A stretch of 64,000 bases of DNA from Ginglymostoma cirratum (Eukaryota). Numbering within the stretch: position 1 is the stretch's first letter; each line of letters opens with the position of its first letter. This document shows, one piece after another, positions 37,756-50,715 of this stretch. The translations under genes were made by a program, and so were the position numbers. The stretch spans positions 58,418,051-58,482,050 of the forward strand of contig JAHRHZ010000013.1 of the NCBI GenBank assembly GCA_024137785.1. The letters are read 5' to 3'. The notes under the pieces were generated by a model that did not search any database, had not been told where the DNA came from, and saw only the letters and a list, made by a program, of their open reading frames with translations.

Positions 37756-38763
37756 AAAACAGAAGTTGCTGGAAATGCTCAGCAGGTCTGGCAGCTTTTG
37801 TGAAGAAAAAAATCAGAGTTAACGTTTCAGGTCCGGCAACCCTTCCTCAGAAATGATGGTAGCAGGAAAACGTCAGTTTATATGCAGAAAATAGGGAGGG
37901 GAATGGAATAGGGCAAAAAATGATAGGAAGAAGTATAGAGCCCAAAGGAGTTGATAACGATCTGGCTAGGAGGGTGAATAGCTGTTAATGGGGACTGTTA
38001 GTGACTAACGATAGGTGGTGTGTAATGGCAGGCTATGTGATAACAAGGCCTGGTGTGTGGGGTAGGGGCTGGNNNNNNNNNNNNNNNNNNNNNNNNNNNN
38101 NNNNNNNNNNNNNNNNNNNNNNNNNNNNNNNNNNNNNNNNNNNNNNNNNNNNNNNNNNNNNNNNNNNNNNNNNNNNNNNNNNNNNNNNNNNNNNNNNNNN
38201 NNNNNNNNNNNNNNNNNNNNNNNNNNNNNNNNNNNNNNNNNNNNNNNNNNNNNNNNNNNNNNNNNNNNNNNNNNNNNNNNNNNNNNNNNNNNNNNNNNNN
38301 NNNNNNNNNNNNNNNNNNNNNNNNNNNNNNNNNNNNNNNNNNNNNNNNNNNNNNNNNNNNNNNNNNNNNNNNNNNNNNNNNNNNNNNNNNNNNNNNNNNN
38401 NNNNNNNNNNNNNNNNNNNNNNNNNNNNNNNNNNNNNNNNNNNNNNNNNNNNNNNNNNNNNNNNNNNNNNNNTCCATTCCCCTCCCTATTTTCTGCATAT
38501 AAACTGACGTTTTCCTGCTACCATCATTTCTGAGGAAGGGTTGCCGGACCTGAAACGTTAACTCTGATTTTTTTCTATTGTTACCTCATCCCCCTTTCTA
38601 TTTTCTGCAGATCAAACAACTACCATCAGTTCGGAGGAAGGGTCACCAGACCCGAAACGTTATCTTTGATTTTTTCTTCACAGATGCTGCCAGACCTGCT
38701 GAGCATTTCCAGCAACTTCTGTTTTTGTTCCTAATTAACAGGATCTGCAGCTCTTTCAGTTTT
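37756..38763. mobile_element. Composite Penelope-like family B insertion (one inverted plus two tandem pLTR-like units) spanning a gap, inside a CR1
   Basis: 16-bp TSD tacaaa(c/t)gtaagtaca (37740-37755, 38764-38779). Hammerhead cores at 37821-37850 (-), 38530-38559 (+), 38632-38661 (+). Confidence 0.85.
38530..38559 (+). ncRNA. Putative minimal type-I hammerhead ribozyme in channel pre-mRNA sense orientation
   Basis: CTGAGGA-A-GGGTT-GCCG-GACCT-GAAA-CG-TT; 5-bp stem II with G-U pairs; helix I weak. Confidence 0.55.
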
Positions 38764-39500
38764 TACAAATGTAAGTACACTTGTGGAATCACATCTGGAG
38801 TACTCTTCACAGTATCGGTCTTCTTACTTAAGCAAGACTGCAAATGCATTGGAAGCATTTCAGAGAAGGTTTACCAGACTAATACCTGGAATAGGGAGAG
38901 GTAGTAGGAACTGCAGATGCTGGAGAATCTGAGATAACAAGGTGTAGAGTGGATAGTCAAGGCCCGAAACGTCAGCCTTCCTGCTCCTCTGATGCTGCTT
39001 GGCCTGCTGTGTTCATCCAGCTCTACACCTTGTTATCCTTGGAATAGGGAGTTGTCTTATGAAACAAGACTGGACAGTTTAGACTTGTAACCATTGGAGT
39101 TTAGAAGAGTAAGAGATAACTTGATTAAAGCAGGCTCTTGTATAATGTATAGAATCCTGAAGTGTCTTGATAGGATAGATGTGGAAAGGAAGATTTCCTG
39201 TAATAAGAAAATCAAGAATTGGGGGTCACCCATTTAAAATAGAGATAAGGAATCTTTCTTTCTCAAGGGTTCACGAGTCTTTGGAACTCTGCTTACAACA
39301 ATTTTTCAGGAAGAATATCCTTGAATATATGTAAGACAGAGCTAGATAGATTCTTGTTAAGAAAGAGGGTAAAAGATTATCAGGGTTGGCAGTAATGTGC
39401 ATTTGAGGTTATAATCAGATTAGCTGTGATCTTATTGAATGGTAGAGCAGGCTGAAAGCATTAAATGACCTACTACTGCTCTGAAGTTTTATGTTCATAT
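38764..39500 (+). mobile_element. CR1 3' end with a nested family A insertion (about 38897-39037)
   Basis: CR1 C-terminal motifs; TSD c(c/t)tggaataggga around the nested element. Confidence 0.8.
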
Positions 39501-39594
39501 GTTTGTTCCAGGAAAATTTAGCACCGGAGGCACAATGATGAAGAATTTAATTTTTATCTGTGAAGAGAGGTTGGATAAGCTTGGGATGTTTCAA

Positions 39595-40355
39595 AAGATC
39601 AAAAGAACAAAAGAGAAGTAAGGCACAGGAACAGGGCCTTGTGGGGATCATCATGCCCTGACTAAACTAAAAAACAAACCTTCTGCTCTAATTCAGTCCG
39701 TATCCCTCTCTTCCCCTCCCTATTAATGTAACCATCCAGATGCCTCTTAAATGTCACCAATGTGCCCGCTTCCACCACCTCCTCTGGCAGTGCATTGCAG
39801 GTCCCTGCCACTCTCTGTGTGAAAAACTTTCCTCGCACATCTCCCTTAAACTTTTGCCCCCTTACCTTGAACCTGCGCTCCCTTGTAATTGGAACTTCAA
39901 CCCTGGGTAAAAGCCTCTGACTATCCATCTAATCTATGCTTTAGCTTCTGACTATCCACCCTATCTCTGCCTACTTTTCAAAGCAAAGATGCTGAGAAAG
40001 TACCTGATAGAGGTATATAAGGAAATGAAGTGCATGGACAGGGTGGATAGAAAGCAGGTTGAAAGGTCAATAACACAGGTGCATAATTTTAAGGTGAAAG
40101 ACAGGAGGTTAGAGGGGATTTTATGAAAAATATTTTTACCCAGAAGGTGGTGGGAATCTGGAATACACCATCTAGGAGTGCAGATGAGATGGGAATCCTT
40201 ACAATCTTTGGATGAATACCTGAAGTGTCATAACATTCAAGGCTATGGCCTTGAGCTGACAAGTAAGACTAGTGTAGATTTACAGTAACATTTGTCAGTG
40301 CAGTCTCGATGGGCCAAAGGGCACTTTCTCTCTTCAGTATTGTATGATTCTATGA
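39595..40355. mobile_element. Two CR1-type 3' ends in opposite orientation (39595-39965 minus; 39985-40355 plus)
   Basis: ORF 39662-39928 FFTQRVAGTCNALPEEVVEAGTL; the plus-strand piece has the FTQKVVGIWN motif and a tgtatgattctatga tail. Confidence 0.8.
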
Positions 40356-41149
40356 ATTCAGTTGAGTAAGTAAGAAAAAGTTGTTTACTGTGGCAGAAGA
40401 ACCAATATCCAGAGAACACAGATTTAAGGAAATTGAGAAATAGTCACATTGATATGAGGTAATATATTTTACAATAGTGAGTTGTTCTGTTCTGGAATGT
40501 GCTGCCCGAATGTTTGATGGAAGCAGGTTCAATAATTTTCAAATAGGAGCTGGAAAAATACTCGAGGGAGGAAAGTTTCCAGAGGATAGATGAACATTGT
40601 GAGAGTAATTTTAGAGCACAACCTATATGTGGCATTGATTTAGTGTTCTCTACCTTTCTAAGATTCTACAATTAGAAAATGAAGGAAAACACCAGTTGCC
40701 ATCTGAAAACAGGTAGTAATTGCTAATAACAAGACTAACATTAGAGTAGATGTCCTTGAACATATTGCTGTTTTGTATATAAAGTATCTGTGGAGCCCTT
40801 TAACAGAACCACATATTTTGTATAAAAATGAATTATACAACTACAAAACTATGAAATTATTTTAAGTTTCTTATTTCATACTGCATATTTTAATGGGTCG
40901 ATAATTTTTGGGGTTTCTAAAGGTACATTGGACATTCAATAACTCATCCTCACTCAGTATTTATTGTATGAGCCTGCAATGATGTCTCCAGTTGATTTGA
41001 GAAGAGGTTCTGCCTTATTCTGTTATGGCACAAATCTGTTACTTCGAGGTCTGCGCTTGACAGCTGCTTCCACAAGCGGAAGCCAATGCATTATTACGCC
41101 GATCGACATGAGTTGGAACCTTTGAACAGCCGCAGTCGTTGTCCCCTGC

Positions 41150-41600
41150 CCTCTGAAGCAGGGAATTCCAAAAATTGCATAATCCTCTGAAAGAAAAAAC
41201 ATTCTCTTGTCCTGAATAAGTGACCCCTAATGTTATAGCAGTGCGCCCTTGTTCTGGACTCACCCACAAGCAGAAACATCCTTTCCGCATCTACTTAATT
41301 AAGAACTTTCAGGATCCTATGCATTTGAATTAATTCACAACCTTGCTTTTCTGAATTCCAGCAGAACCAAACCCAGCCTGTCTAACTTACTATAAGACAG
41401 CCCCCTCATTCCATGTCTCAATCCAGTAATCCCCTCAAACTGTGTCCAGTGCATTTACATCCTTCCTCAAGTAAGGAGAGCAAAGCTGCACTCAGTATTC
41501 AAGGTGCGGTCTCATCCATGCCCTGTATAACCAAAGCATAACCCTCCTTAGTTTTATGTTGAGTTCCTCTTGTAATAAAGAATAACATCACAAAAGAAAT
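41150..41600 (-). mobile_element. CR1 3' fragment
   Basis: Minus strand encodes RPHLEY*VQLCSPYLRKDVNAL and LVGESRTR motifs. Confidence 0.75.
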
Positions 41601-41609
41601 TTAGAGATA

Positions 41610-41923
41610 AGTGGCATGATGGCTCAGTGGTTAGCACTGCTCCCTCACAGCGCCAGAGACCTGGGTTCAATCCCACCCTTGGGTGACTGTGTGGAGTTTG
41701 CACGTTCTCCCCGTGTCTGCATGGGTTTCCTCCAGGTGCTTCAGTTTCTTCCCACAGTCCAAAGATGTGCAGGCTAGGTGGATTGGCCAGGCTAAATTGC
41801 CCATAGTTTTCAGGGATGTGCAGATTAGGTGGGTTATAGGGGAATGGGTCTGAGTGGGATGCTCTGTGGGTCAGTGTGGACTTGTTGGGCTGAAGGGAAT
41901 CCACACTGTAGGGATTCTATGAT
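41610..41923 (+). mobile_element. HE1-like V-SINE, followed by a family A fragment (41940-42045)
   Basis: Same head, V-domain and tail as 35729-36052. Confidence 0.9.
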
Positions 41924-44900
41924 CTTTGAACTGCCAATGTTGGAGTCTGAGATAACACAGTGTGGAGCTGGAGGAACACAGCAGGCCACGCAGGATCAGA
42001 GGAGCATGAAAGTTGATGTTCTGGGTTGGGACCTTTCTTCAGAAAAAAGAAATTTAAACATGTTAGTGATCCAATTGCAAACTAACATCTTGTCATTCTA
42101 CTGGGGACAAGCTGTACTCTCAGCATCTAAATATTATAAATGAACATATTGCACTATTAGCTTATCAGTCAGCAAACACCATTGTTCATTACTTTAAATG
42201 GTGCATTGAAATAGGCATGGTTGATTTTCCAGTGTAATTTATTATAATGCTGATTGATCATCCATGTTAGACTATAACTTATTTCCTTGTGACCCTAACT
42301 TTAATTGATTTTTGCCATTTCAAAATTAGTCACTCATTGTGTTTTACTCATCATATTGTCAGGATCAACAAATGTCCAGATTGAACAAGGCTTTTTCGGA
42401 AACAGCCCACACCCTTAGTTTTTCACCACATCTCTTTCAGTTGTGAACATTGTAAAAGCTGGCATTGTATGAGTTTCCTTTGTTCTGCCTACGCACACTG
42501 AATAAGCGCTGTCAGGTTTTACACGAGGCATGAGAAAGATGAATGCTTCAAAGTGTCACACATCATCACCTCTAATTGCTGTTGGACAGCTATTATTTTT
42601 ATTTAAATAAAAGATGTTGTATGTGGTTCTTACGATCTGCTTAAACACACTAACATAATGTGATTCCAGTTCTTGCTGTTGCTATTATACACAATGATGG
42701 GCAGGGGAAATGCTCTTGTGTTTTCTGCACGCTATCCTCCAATTTGAATATTTGAATTTTTAGCTTATAGCTTTCAATGTTTCTTATAAATCATTGAAGA
42801 TAGCCTTGTTTGTATTTTTGAACTGCTATGAATTTGGTCATACTAATTCTCGGCTCGGCAGCAAGTATTTTTTGCTACTTTTTTTTATGTGACTTCTATT
42901 TAAAAGATTGCCAGAAATATGCAAACATACAAAGAGGTAAAGAAGGAATAAAATAAATGGATTGTCACAGCAAAGTGTATTCTTATCCTGATTTTTGTTC
43001 ATATTTTGCAGGAGGATTTTTTTGAGGATAGAAATTGATACATATTTTATCTATTATTCAGGCATGAAAGGGAAGCAGTGGGTACTAAATTCTGTGTGAG
43101 ACTTACAGCCTCATTATTCCTGTAGAAACAGTGAATGATTTTTATTTCCCACCTAGAGAATGGAAGCTGATTGTACATTCATTGCTCCCTGGTTGGTATC
43201 AGCTAACTCAATACAGATCAAAGATTGAACCTGGGATTTTGCTGGTCTGGAAGGAATTGGTCAGTAGTCAGAACTTTCCCACTAACCAATAACCAAATGC
43301 CATTATAATTTAATGCTATGAGGGTTAGCTTGTCGAAATAAATACAAAGTAGGAAATTTCACTACATTGGGAAAAGGGTCATTTCGGTTACTGGGTAGAT
43401 AACAATCGTATAGTTTAACACCTGAACTGCATCCTCTTGTCCTTGGGAGATGAGAGTGAATGGGTAGTAATGGGAGCAGGGGAACGGTGTTGGTTCAGGA
43501 CCTGAATCAAGTAGAAGGTAAAAGAAAGGATGATTATCCCTCTTCTTGGAGCAGTATATATTCATGTAGCATTGGCAATCAATCCTTCTGAAACTGATTC
43601 GCCATGTGTGGCTATTCGTGGTCAAAATGTTTTATGTTTAGACCCCACCTAGTACTGAGATGGCCTAAAAGAGGTACTGAAGGCAAAATCCCTGAAACTG
43701 CCCCGGAATTATGGTGTAGGGAGCAGTGTACATTGATGATAGCTGGTATGGGTGCCAATGGTAGTTCGCAGGCACAACAAATGGTGCTTCTTGCTGGAAA
43801 TTTATGAATGAAATAAGTACTTCACAAGATTTTGGTACATTCTGGATTCCGCCCAGAGCTATAAAATTCTTGCAATCTGTTGGGTGGATTTGCATTCCTG
43901 GGATTCTTGCAGTTTATGAACTGCAGTATTTTGCTTTAAATGTTTTGGCTTAGTCAACGATGCAACACCATGTTTTCTGAGATTGGAAGATGAGGAGGTG
44001 CAGTATGTTTTCGTTAAAACACATCTAAAGGTCCCCTCAGGTCATGAAAAGTCATAAATGCAAGTTCTTTCTCACCATTCTGTGCTAAGGACAACTAAAT
44101 ACAATCTTCAGACACTGCTACTCCCTGCAGTCATTTGCAAACAAGGGAAGAAATAATTGATCCCTTTTCAACAGCTTCAGCTTTCCAGTGATTAGAGTTC
44201 CAGTCAAACCTGATGAGGGTGAATTTGACATAATTTCTCGGGTTGCATTGGAGCTTCCAAGCCATTATTTTTCATGCATAGAAAGCAACAACAAATGGAA
44301 GATCCACTGAAAAATAATAAAAGATAAAGCATATTTCATCCATATTTTCTAATTCCTTGTCTGGAAATCCATGGGCTCTGATCACAATATTGGTTCGATA
44401 GACCGTGGTTAAACATTCTGTAAAAACACTTTTTGTCACAGCCTTACCTTGGATAATTAGATAATTGCATAATTATGAAATTACATTATTATGAAACTCA
44501 TAGGTTCGTGTAGTTAGGTTATAGGTAGTTGTATTTTTAAGCAAACTTGCTGAACTTTAACTGTTAGTAGCTGATCATAGCCTTAATTTCTTTTCCTAGA
44601 TTAAAAGTTATCATAGTCCTCCCAGATCACAGAACAGCTCTCTCATTAGAGAGAGATGACTGATGGTGGTTTAACCTGAGAATCATCACACCTCAAGTCA
44701 GAATAAAGAGGTTGAGAAAGAGAATCCTTCATAGTAAACTCAACTATGTACGGGCATTGAACCCAGGCAGTTTCTGTTAGGATGTATTGTAAACTAGCTC
44801 TCCAGCCAACTGCACTAACCAACCTCCTATTGCCAGGTACCAAAATGTTGGGAAGTACTTATTTCATCAGGAAAGATCCTGCCTAAAGTTCAGTTTAAGC

Positions 44901-45169
44901 CTTCAATATATTTAAACCCGACTGACTTGCTTTATTTTTGCCAAATTACTTTGACATTGACGAAGACAGAAAACATCCAATGGGAAAAGACACAGGATTG
45001 ATTTGTTTTCTCTGTACTTCAGGTAGATATAAAAGTTCTCAAGGCATGGTTAAAAGGATGGGATAGGGATAGGATGAGGGCATCCTATCCCAAGGGTATC
45101 CCTTTGGGTCAATTTCCATTCATTCCCTCAAACAATACCATTAAAAAAATGTCTAGTTATTTATTTTGG

Positions 45170-48037
45170 TGGGGCTGAAGGTGTTATATTTGAATGCATA
45201 CAGTATAAGAAAGAAGATAAATGAACTTGTGGCACAGGACGAAATTGACAGATAATGATGTGGTGGGCATCACGGAGATGTGGCTGCAAGGGGATCAGGA
45301 TTGGGAGCTAAATATCCAAGGATATACAACTTATCGAAAAGAACGGCAGGTGGGCATTGGGGTTGGGGTTTCCTCATTAGTAAGAAAGGAAAGACAGTGG
45401 AACAGCAATAGCAGGAGTTTCTAGGAGTAATTCAGGAAACACAGCAAAAAAACATCCCCTGGAAAAAGAAGCATGGTACAGGGAGGTTGAGGTGACCATG
45501 ACTGACTAAGCAAGTCAGGGATAGTGTAAAAGTAAAAGAGAAAGCATATAACGTGGCGAAAAGCAGTGGGAAACCAGAGGATTGGGATGCTCAGAAAGAC
45601 AAACAGAGGTCAACAACAAAAAGAAATAAGGAGGGAGAAGATTAAATATGAGGGTAAGCTAGCAAGTAATATAAAGAGGACAGTAAGAGCTTCTTTAGAT
45701 ATGTAAAGGGCAAAAGAAAGGCAAAAGTGGACATTGGACCACTGGAAAATGACGCTGGAGAGATAGTAGTGGAGAATAAGGAAATGGCTGAAGAACTGAA
45801 TAATTGCTTTGCATCAGTCTTCACAGTGGAAGACATAAGTAATATCCTAAAAATTCAAGAAAGTCAGGGGGCAGAGCTGAGTATGTGGCCATCACCAAGG
45901 AGAAGGTGCTAGAAAAACTGAATGGATTGAAGGTGGATAAATCACCTGGACCAGATGGACTATACACCCCAAGGTTCCTAAGGAGTTAGCTGAAGGGATA
46001 GTGGAGGCGTTAATGATGATCTTCGGGAATCGCTAGAGTCAGGGAGGGTCCCAGAAGACTGGAAAATCGCTAACGTGACACCCCTGCTTAAAAAGGGAGT
46101 AAGGCAAAAGACTGAAAACTACAGGCTGATTAGCCTAACCTCAGTCTTGGGTAAGATTTTAGAGTCCATTGTGAAGGATGAGATTTCTGAATACTTGGAA
46201 GTGCATGGTAAAATAGGGCAAAGTCAGCACAGCTTCATCAAGGGGAGGTCATGCCTGACAAATCTGTTAGAATTCTTTGAAGAAGTAATGAGCAGGGTAG
46301 ACCAAGGAGAGCCAATGGGTGTTATCTACCTGGACTTCAAGAAGTCCTTTGACAAAGGGCTGCACAGGAGGATGCTGAGTAAGATAAGGGTCCATGGTGT
46401 TAGAGGAAAGGTGCTATCATGGATAGAAGATTGGCTGTCTGGTAGAAAGCAGAGAGTGGGGATAAAAGGGTTCTTCTCAGGATGGCAGCCAGTGACAAGT
46501 TGTGTTCCACAAGGGTCAGAGTTGGGACCACAACTTTTCACTTTATACATTAATGATCTAGATGAAGGAACTGCGGGCATTCTGGCTAAGTTTGCAGACG
46601 ATACAAAGACAGGTGGAGGGACAGGTAGTCTTGAGGATGTGGGGAAGTTGCTGAAGGGTTTGGACAGGTTAGGAGAGTGGGCAAAGAAGTGGCAGGTGGA
46701 GTCCAACGTGGGAAAGTGTGAGGTCATACACTTTGGTAAGAAGACTAGAAGCGTGGACTATGTTCTAAATGGGGAGAAAATTCAGAAGTCTGAAGTGCAA
46801 AGAGACTTGGGAGTTCTAGTCCAGGATTCGCTCACGGTAAAAACCAAAAGAACTGCAGATGCTGTAAATCAGGAACAAAAACAGGAGTTGCTGGAAAAGC
46901 TCAGCAGGTCTGGCAGCATCTGTGAAGAAAAAAATCAAAGTTAATGTTTTGGGCCCAGTGACCCTTCCTGAGAATTGATAGTAGCTGGGGAAACGTCGGT
47001 TCAGAAACAGAAAATAGAGAGGGGGATGGGGGAGGAAGTAAATGATGGGATAGAGCCCATAGAGAGAGAAGAGCAGTTGGATAGACAAAGGAGTTGATAA
47101 CAACATGGCTAAGATTAATGTAGTGCTGTTACACACTACTTATTGTTAGTTGCTAACCATCCCCATTAATACCTATTCACCCTCTTAGCCAGATCATTAT
47201 CATCTCCTGTGTCTATCCAACTGCTCTTCTCTCTCTCAACTTTTTCCCAGCTACCATCAGTTCTAAGGAAGGGTCATCAGAACCTAAACGTTAACTCTGA
47301 TTTTTTTCTTCACAGATGCTGCCAGACCTGCTGAGCTTTTCCAGCAACTTCTGTTTTTGTTCTCTCAAGGTAAACATGCAAGTTAAGTCAGTAGTTAGGA
47401 AGGCAAATGCCACTTTGGCATTTATTTCGAGAGAACTTGAATATAAAAGCAGGGATATACTTCTGAGTCTTTTTAACGCTCTGATCAGGCCACTTTTGGA
47501 GTATTGTGTGCAGTTTTGGGCCCAATATCTCAGGAAGGATGTACTGGCACTGGACTGGGTTCAGAGGAGGTTCACGAAAATGGTACCAGGAATGAAAAGC
47601 TTAACATATGAGGAACGTTTGAGGACTCTGGGTCTATATTTGATGGAGGGGGTAATCTAATTGAAACTTACAGAATACTGAATGGTCTGGACAGAGTGGG
47701 TGTTGGAAGATGTTTCCATTTGTAGGAGAGCCTAGGACCCAAGGACAAAGCTTTAGAGTAAAGGGAAGACCTTTTAGAATGGAGATAAGGATAAACTTCT
47801 TCAGCCAGAGAGTGGTGAATCTATGGAATTCACGTCCACAGAAGGCTGTGGAGGCCAGGTCATTGAGTATATTTAAGATAGAGATTTAGATAGGTTCTTG
47901 GTTATCAAGGGGATCAAGGGTTATGGAGAGAAAGTGGGAGAATGGTGTTGAGAAACTTATCAGCCATGATTGAATGGCGGAGCAGAATTGATGGGCGGAA
48001 TGGCCTAGTTTCTGCTCTTATGTCTTATGGTCTTATG
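45170..48037 (+). mobile_element. CR1 LINE ORF2 (APE endonuclease start, internal deletion, RT, 3'UTR), pseudogenised
   Basis: VVGITEMWL (EN); ORF 46075-46944 NYRLISLTS...YLDFKKSFDK...VPQGSELGP...KFADDTK; tail tcttatggtcttatgg. Frameshifts and a nested insertion present. Confidence 0.95.
46842..47359. mobile_element. Penelope-like family B inverted insertion inside the CR1 RT
   Basis: 15-bp TSD ttcgctcacggtaaa / ttctctcaaggtaaa (46827-46841, 47360-47374); CR1 reading (QDSL.V) resumes after it. Confidence 0.87.
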
Positions 48038-48638
48038 GGATGTTACTGTGCATTAAATAGATTCTTTTCCTCTTACAAAATTCTTACAAAATGGGATGCT
48101 CTTCCAAAGTACTAAACGGGCTGTGAAGTGTTTGGAGAAGTTGTAAGGTTATGAAAGATGCTTTAAATTGCAAACACTCTCTGATTTTATTTTAAACAAC
48201 TCCTTACCTCAGACTGTTCATAAGGATGGTGGTGGACTTCCATAGGAAGGACCCATTGCCATTGTAACCTGCTGAGTTGCTTAGCTGTATCTCACTTGTC
48301 AAAAAGCTTACCAGCTGTCAAAGGCAAGCAGTTCTTGTTTCATGCACAAAATTAATTTTAAATTTCTTTCAGTAATCTAATTTAAAATGCCCAGCATTTC
48401 TGCCAATTGATTTCTGATTTTAGAAGCTGACAGATGGTGCTGCTTGGCTTAATGATGTTCATTACAAATCCACAGAACCCCAAAGCTTGACTACACTTCT
48501 TCACACCTTGCTGTCTGTAAAGACTACATTCCATTCTCCTGGTGTCTACATCTTGATCACTTCTATACTAATGGTGTTACCTTCCACAACAACGCTCCTC
48601 ATCCAGCATGGTCAGCAGAATCTATTCCACACACCTCT

Positions 48639-48855
48639 TAGAACATAGAACATAGAACATAGAACAATACAGCGCAGAACAGGCCCTTCGGCCCTCGATG
48701 TTGCGCCGACCTGTGAACTAATCTAAGCCCATTCCCCTACACTGTCCCATCATCATCCATATGCTTATCCAAGGACTGTTTAAATGCCCCTAGTGTGGCT
48801 GAGTTAACTACATTGGCAGGCAGGGCATTCCACACCCTTACCACTCTCTGAGGAA
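48639..48855 (-). mobile_element. Young CR1 3' tail with (agaacat)n repeat
   Basis: agaacat x3 + agaaca, then CpG-intact aggcccttcggccctcgatgttgcgccgacc. Confidence 0.85.
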
Positions 48856-48890
48856 AGAAGAAGTCTTGAAGTAAAGTAAAGAAGTCTTGT

Positions 48891-49225
48891 CTGCCTATTT
48901 CATAGAGAACAGCTGTCCCTGTCTAAAACATGGAGAACATCAGTTTCTGCCTATATCATAGAGAAGATCACTCCCTGGTTTATCAGAGAGAACACCAGGC
49001 CCTTTCAATATCATAGAAAAGAATAGTGCCTCCCTGTATCACAGAGAACCACAGCCCATCCGTATAACACAGAGAACAGAGGCTCCTCCCTATATCTCAG
49101 AGAACAGCAGTCCATGTCTATGTTGTAGAGAACAGCAGTCCCTGCCAATGTCAGAGAGAAGATCAGACCCTGTTTACAGCATGGAAAACATCAGTTTCTG
49201 CCTACATTATAGAGATCAGCAGTCC
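48891..49225. repeat. Diverged 28-bp minisatellite, 12 units
   Basis: Consensus about ctgcctatatcatagagaacagcagtcc; 11 units of 28 bp and one of 27 bp. Confidence 0.9.
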
Positions 49226-49649
49226 CAGCACAATGATAGGATTCAACTTGTTCTCTTCTCACCTGCAGAATATTCAGCAGACGATAATCTGTTTCCATCA
49301 GTTCCAGCTTGAAGTAAACATCAAACATGCATTCTCCTGCTGTCCCCTTTCACCATTTCATAAGGATCAGTCTCGGGGGCACCCTTGTCCTCTCCTCAGT
49401 CACCTCAACATCTTCTCCCCTCCTCACACCATCTTTCTGTGTAAGTTGGGAAATGTGGCACCTGTCCTTTTACCATGTTGCTCTCACAAAACAGGGATGT
49501 CCTTCTTTCAATTTAGTGTCATGTATTGACTGTGCATCATGGGGCCTTCTTTACAGTGGAAGACCAATGCAGCTTGGACTTCTTTGCAGGAAGTCTCCAA
49601 TCCTTCCACGAGCAAGCTGCCATTTCCCACCAGTCTTTTCTGTCCATGA

Positions 49650-50715
49650 CGACAGAACAAAGGAGCAAAAATAGACTACTCAACCCATCAAGTCTGCTCT
49701 GCCAATCAATGAGATCCTGGCTGATTTGATAATTCTCAACTCCACTTCCCTACATTTTTCCCTATAACCCTTCATTCTCTTACTGATTAAAATTCAGCCT
49801 TGAATATATTTAATGATGCAGCCTCTTCAGCCCTCTACAGTAAAGAATTCCACAGATTCACTGCCCTCTGAGGGAAGAAAAGAACCCTCTCATCTCTGTC
49901 CTAAATGGGTAACCATTTATTTGGAGATTATGTCCTCTGATCCTAGGCTCTCCCACAAGGGGAAGCAACCATTCTGCATCCACCCTGTCAAGTCCCCTAT
50001 GAATCTTGCATGTTTCAATAATGTCACCCTCATTCTTCCAAGCTTCAATGAGTACAGATCCAACCTTGCTCTTTAAGACAGATTCTCCATACCTGGGATC
50101 ACCATAGTGAACATTCTCTGCACTGCGTCCAATGCCAGTACATCTTTCTTCAAATAAACTGTTCACAGTATACCAGCTGTGGTCTGCCTAGTGCCTTGTA
50201 TAATTTTACCAAGAATGTCCTACTTTTATACTCCATTCCCTTTGAAATAAAGGCCAACATCAAACGTCTTCTAAAAATGCAAACTTGTTCTATCCACTGC
50301 TTCCCCATTATTTATCCTGCTTGTCCTCTTCAAAGAATGTGAATTTTTTTTAGGTGGACTTCCCCTTCATGGAGCCATGCTGACTCTGTTTGATTATGCA
50401 TTTCTAAATTCCCCACTATTACATCTTTAATGACAGACTGTGACATTTTCCCAATAACAGGCATTCAGCTAACTGGTCTACAGTTATCATGTTTTTTTGT
50501 CTCCCCTTTTTAACAAAGGTATTACATTCATAGTTTTCCATCCTCTTGGACTTTTCCAAAATATAAGAATTCTTGGAAGATTACTACCAGTGCATCCACT
50601 ATCTTGGGAGCTACCTCTTCTGATATCCTTAGGGTGCATCCCACCAGATCCAGAGGACTAATCAGTCTTTAGCCCATTAGTTTCTTGAGCTCTTCTTCTC
50701 CAGTGATAGTTAGTG
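49650..50715 (-). mobile_element. CR1 LINE (3' end joined to RT N-terminal part, internal deletion)
   Basis: ORF 49858-50166 GDIIETCKIHRGLDRVDAE..PLVGEPRIRGHNL; upstream CR1 RT remnants. Confidence 0.85.

Noticed and set aside
46075-46944. Longest gap-free ORF (289 aa) as a host gene
   Set aside because: It is CR1 reverse transcriptase running into a nested insertion, with frameshifts upstream.
48891-49225. CRISPR array
   Set aside because: Eukaryotic context, no invariant repeat with unique spacers, no cas genes; it is a diverged minisatellite.
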